From positions 692,044,001 to 692,108,000 of the forward strand of contig NC_091282.1 of the NCBI RefSeq assembly GCF_032444005.1: DNA of 64,000 bases, read 5' to 3'. Both the position numbers and the translations under genes were made by a program. Of the stretch, positions 61,347 through 64,000 are shown one piece after another; positions within the stretch are counted from its first letter, which is position 1; every line of letters starts with the position of its first letter. Source of the stretch: Ranitomeya imitator (Eukaryota). The notes beneath the pieces are model-generated. The model was not told where the DNA came from. It made no database searches and saw nothing but the letters and a program-made list of their open reading frames with translations.

Positions 61347-62952
61347 CAGTGGGGCAAAAAAGTATTTAGTCAGTCAGCAATAGTGCAAGTTCCACCACTT
61401 AAAAAGATGAGAGGCGTCTGTAATTTACATCATAGGTAGACCTCAACTATGGGAGACAAACTGAGAAAAAAAAATCCAGAAAATCTCATTGTCTGTTTTT
61501 TTAACATTTTATTTGCATATTATGGTGGAAAATAAGTATTTGGTCAGAAACAAACAATCAAGATTTCTGGCTCTCACAGACCTGTAACTTCTTCTTTAAG
61601 AGTCTCCTCTTTCCTCCACTCATTACCTGTAGTAATGGCACCTGTTTAAACTTGTTATCAGTATAAAAAGACACCTGTGCACACCCTTAAACAGTCTGAC
61701 TCCAAACTCCACTTTGGTGAAGACCAAAGAGCTGTCAAAGGACACCAGAAACAAAATTGTAGCCCTGCACCAGGCTGGGAAGACTGAATCTGCAATAGCC
61801 AACCAGCTTGGAGTGAAGAAATCAACAGTGGGAGCAATAATTAGAAAATGGAAGACATACAAGACCACTGATAATCTCCCTCGATCTGGGGCTCCACGCA
61901 AAATCCCACCCCGTGGGGTCAGAATGATCACAAGAACGGTGAGCAAAAATCCCAGAACCACGCGGGGGGACCTAGTGAATGAGCTGCAGAGAGCTGGGAC
62001 CAATGTAACAAGGCCTACCATAAGTAACACACTACGCCACCATGGACTCAGATCCTGCAGTGCCAGACGTGTCCCACTGCTTAAGCCAGTACATGTCCGG
62101 GCCCGTCTGAAGTTTGCTAGAGAGCATTTGGATGATCCAGAGGAGTTTTGGGAGAATGTCCTATGGTCTGATGAAACCAAACTGGAACTGTTTGGTAGAA
62201 ACACAACTTGTCGTGTTTGGAGGAAAAAGAATACTGAGTTGCATTCATCAAACACCATACCTACTGTAAAGCATGGTGGTGGAAACATCATGCTTTGGGG
62301 CTGTTTCTCTGCAAAGGGGCCAGGACGACTGATCCGGGTACATGAAAGAATGAATGGGGCCATGTATCGTGAGATTTTGAGTGCAAACCTCCTTCCATCA
62401 GCAAGGGCATTGAAGATGAAACGTGGCTGGGTCTTTCAACATGACAATGATCCAAAGCACACCGCCAGGGCAACGAAGGAGTGGCTTTGTAAGAAGCATT
62501 TCAAGGTCCTGGAGTGGCCTAGCCAGTCTCCAGATCTCAACCCTATAGAAAACCTTTGGAGGGAATTGAAAGTCCGTGTTGCCAAGCGAAAAGCCAAAAA
62601 CATCACTGCTCTAGAGGAGATCTGCATGGAGGAATGGGCCAACATACCAACAACAGTGTGTGGCAACCTTGTGAAGACTTACAGAAAACGTTTGACCTCT
62701 GTCATTGCCAACAAAGGATATATTACAAAGTATTGAGATGAAATTTTGTTTCTGACCAAATACTTATTTTCCACCATAATATGCAAATAAAATGTTAAAA
62801 AAACAGACAATGAGATTTTCTGGATTTTTTTTTCTCAGTTTGTCTCCCATAGTTGAGGTCTACCTATGATGTAAATTACAGACGCCTCTCATCTTTTTAA
62901 GTGGTGGAACTTGCACTATTACTGACTGACTAAATACTTTTTTGCCCCACTG
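61347..62952 (+). mobile_element. Full-length Tc1 (DD34E) transposon
   Basis: TA-flanked; long near-identical TIRs starting CAGTGGGGCAAAAAAGTATTTAGTCAG. Confidence 0.97.
61714..62736 (+). CDS. Tc1 transposase, 340 aa, opening with TTG
   Basis: Paired-like [33 protein letters not shown]; 34 residues between the second D and the E. Confidence 0.88.
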   Translation: MVKTKELSKDTRNKIVALHQAGKTESAIANQLGVKKSTVGAIIRKWKTYKTTDNLPRSGAPRKIPPRGVRMITRTVSKNPRTTRGDLVNELQRAGTNVTRPTISNTLRHHGLRSCSARRVPLLKPVHVRARLKFAREHLDDPEEFWENVLWSDETKLELFGRNTTCRVWRKKNTELHSSNTIPTVKHGGGNIMLWGCFSAKGPGRLIRVHERMNGAMYREILSANLLPSARALKMKRGWVFQHDNDPKHTARATKEWLCKKHFKVLEWPSQSPDLNPIENLWRELKVRVAKRKAKNITALEEICMEEWANIPTTVCGNLVKTYRKRLTSVIANKGYITKY

Positions 62953-62958
62953 TATATA

Positions 62959-64000
62959 CAGTGCTTTGCAAAAGTATTCGGCCCCCTGGAACTTTTCAAC
63001 CTCTTCCCACATATCATGCTTCAAACATAAAGATACCAAATGTAAATTTTTGGTGAAGAATTAACAACAAGTGGAACACAATTGTGAAGTTGAATGAAAT
63101 TTATTGATTATTTTAAATTTTTGTGGAAATTCAAAAACTGAAAAGTGGGGCGTGTAATATTATTCGGCCCCTTTAACTTAATACTTTGTTGCTCCACCTT
63201 TTGCTGCAATTACAGCTGCAAGTCTCTTGGGCTATGTCTCTATCAGTTTTGTACATCGAGAGACTAACATTCTTGCCTATTCTTCCTTGACAAACTGCTC
63301 GAGCTCAGTGAGGTTTGATGGAGATCGTTTGTGCACAGCAGTTTTCAGCTCTTTCCACAGATTCTCGATTGGATTGAGGTCTGGACTTTAACTTGGCCAT
63401 TCTAACACCTGGATACGTTTATTTGTGAACCATTCCATTGTAGATTTTGCTTTATGTTTGGGATCATTGTCTTGATGGAAGACAAATCTCAGTCCCAGTC
63501 TCAGGTGTTTTGCAGACTCCAACAGCTTTTCTTCAAGAATGGTCCTGTATTTGGCTCCATCCATCTTCCCATCAATTTTAACCATCTTCCCTGACCCTGC
63601 TGAAGAAAAGCAGGCCCAAACCATGATGCTGCCACCACCATGTTTGACAGTTGGGATGGTGTGTTCAGGGTGCGAGCTGTGTTGCCTTTACGCCAAACAT
63701 ATAGTTTGGCATTGTTGCCAAAAAGTTCGATTTTGGTTTCATCTGACCAGAGCACTTTCTTCCACGTTTAGTGTGTCTACCAGGTGGCTCGTTGCAAACT
63801 TTAAACGACACTTTTTATGTATATCTTTGAGAAATGGCTTTCTTCTTGCCACTCTTCCATAAAGGCCAGATTTGTGCAGTGTACGACTGATTGTTGTCCT
63901 ATGGACAGACTGTCCCACCTCAGCTTAGAGATCTGCAGTTCATCCAGAGTGATCATGAGCCTCTTGGCTGCATCTCTGATCAATCTTCTCCTTGTTTGAG
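62959..64000 (-). mobile_element. Second Tc1 (frameshifted transposase), running off the window
   Basis: TA|CAGTGCTTTGCAAAAGTATTCGGCCCC TIR; minus-strand ORF pieces 63388-63624 and 63501-63755 with WSDETK and HQDNDPKH. Confidence 0.9.

Noticed and set aside
1-64000. tRNA, rRNA or prokaryotic operon features
   Set aside because: No cloverleaf, rRNA-like or operon-like structure was seen; the content is vertebrate repeat DNA.

Overview
Vertebrate nuclear DNA that is almost entirely transposon-derived. The family mix (Tc1 IR/DR elements, hAT, TTAA- and TWA-target MITEs, CR1, L2, chromodomain Ty3/Gypsy, Penelope-like pieces) suggests an anuran amphibian; this is an inference. No rRNA, tRNA or CRISPR array is supported. 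The two apparently intact coding units are a ~5.8 kb chromovirus (37434-43255, single 1387-codon gag-pol ORF, ~99% identical LTRs, sequence signature of tRNA-independent self-priming) and a DD34E Tc1 (61347-62952). Positions 27165-48905 are one old chromovirus inflated to ~22 kb by nested insertions. The most interesting theme is a set of short Penelope-like LTR (pLTR)-type pieces (31473-32147, 33670-33942, 56449-56564, ~56700-57600). Three have 14-16 bp target duplications and a fold-back at one end, all share a TGCACCA-type motif, and three carry minimal hammerhead-ribozyme-like motifs. A weak chain of phase-compatible exon-like segments (6852-8951, + strand, one frameshift) may be a host gene or pseudogene that I could not identify. 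All alignments were done by eye; no database searches were run.
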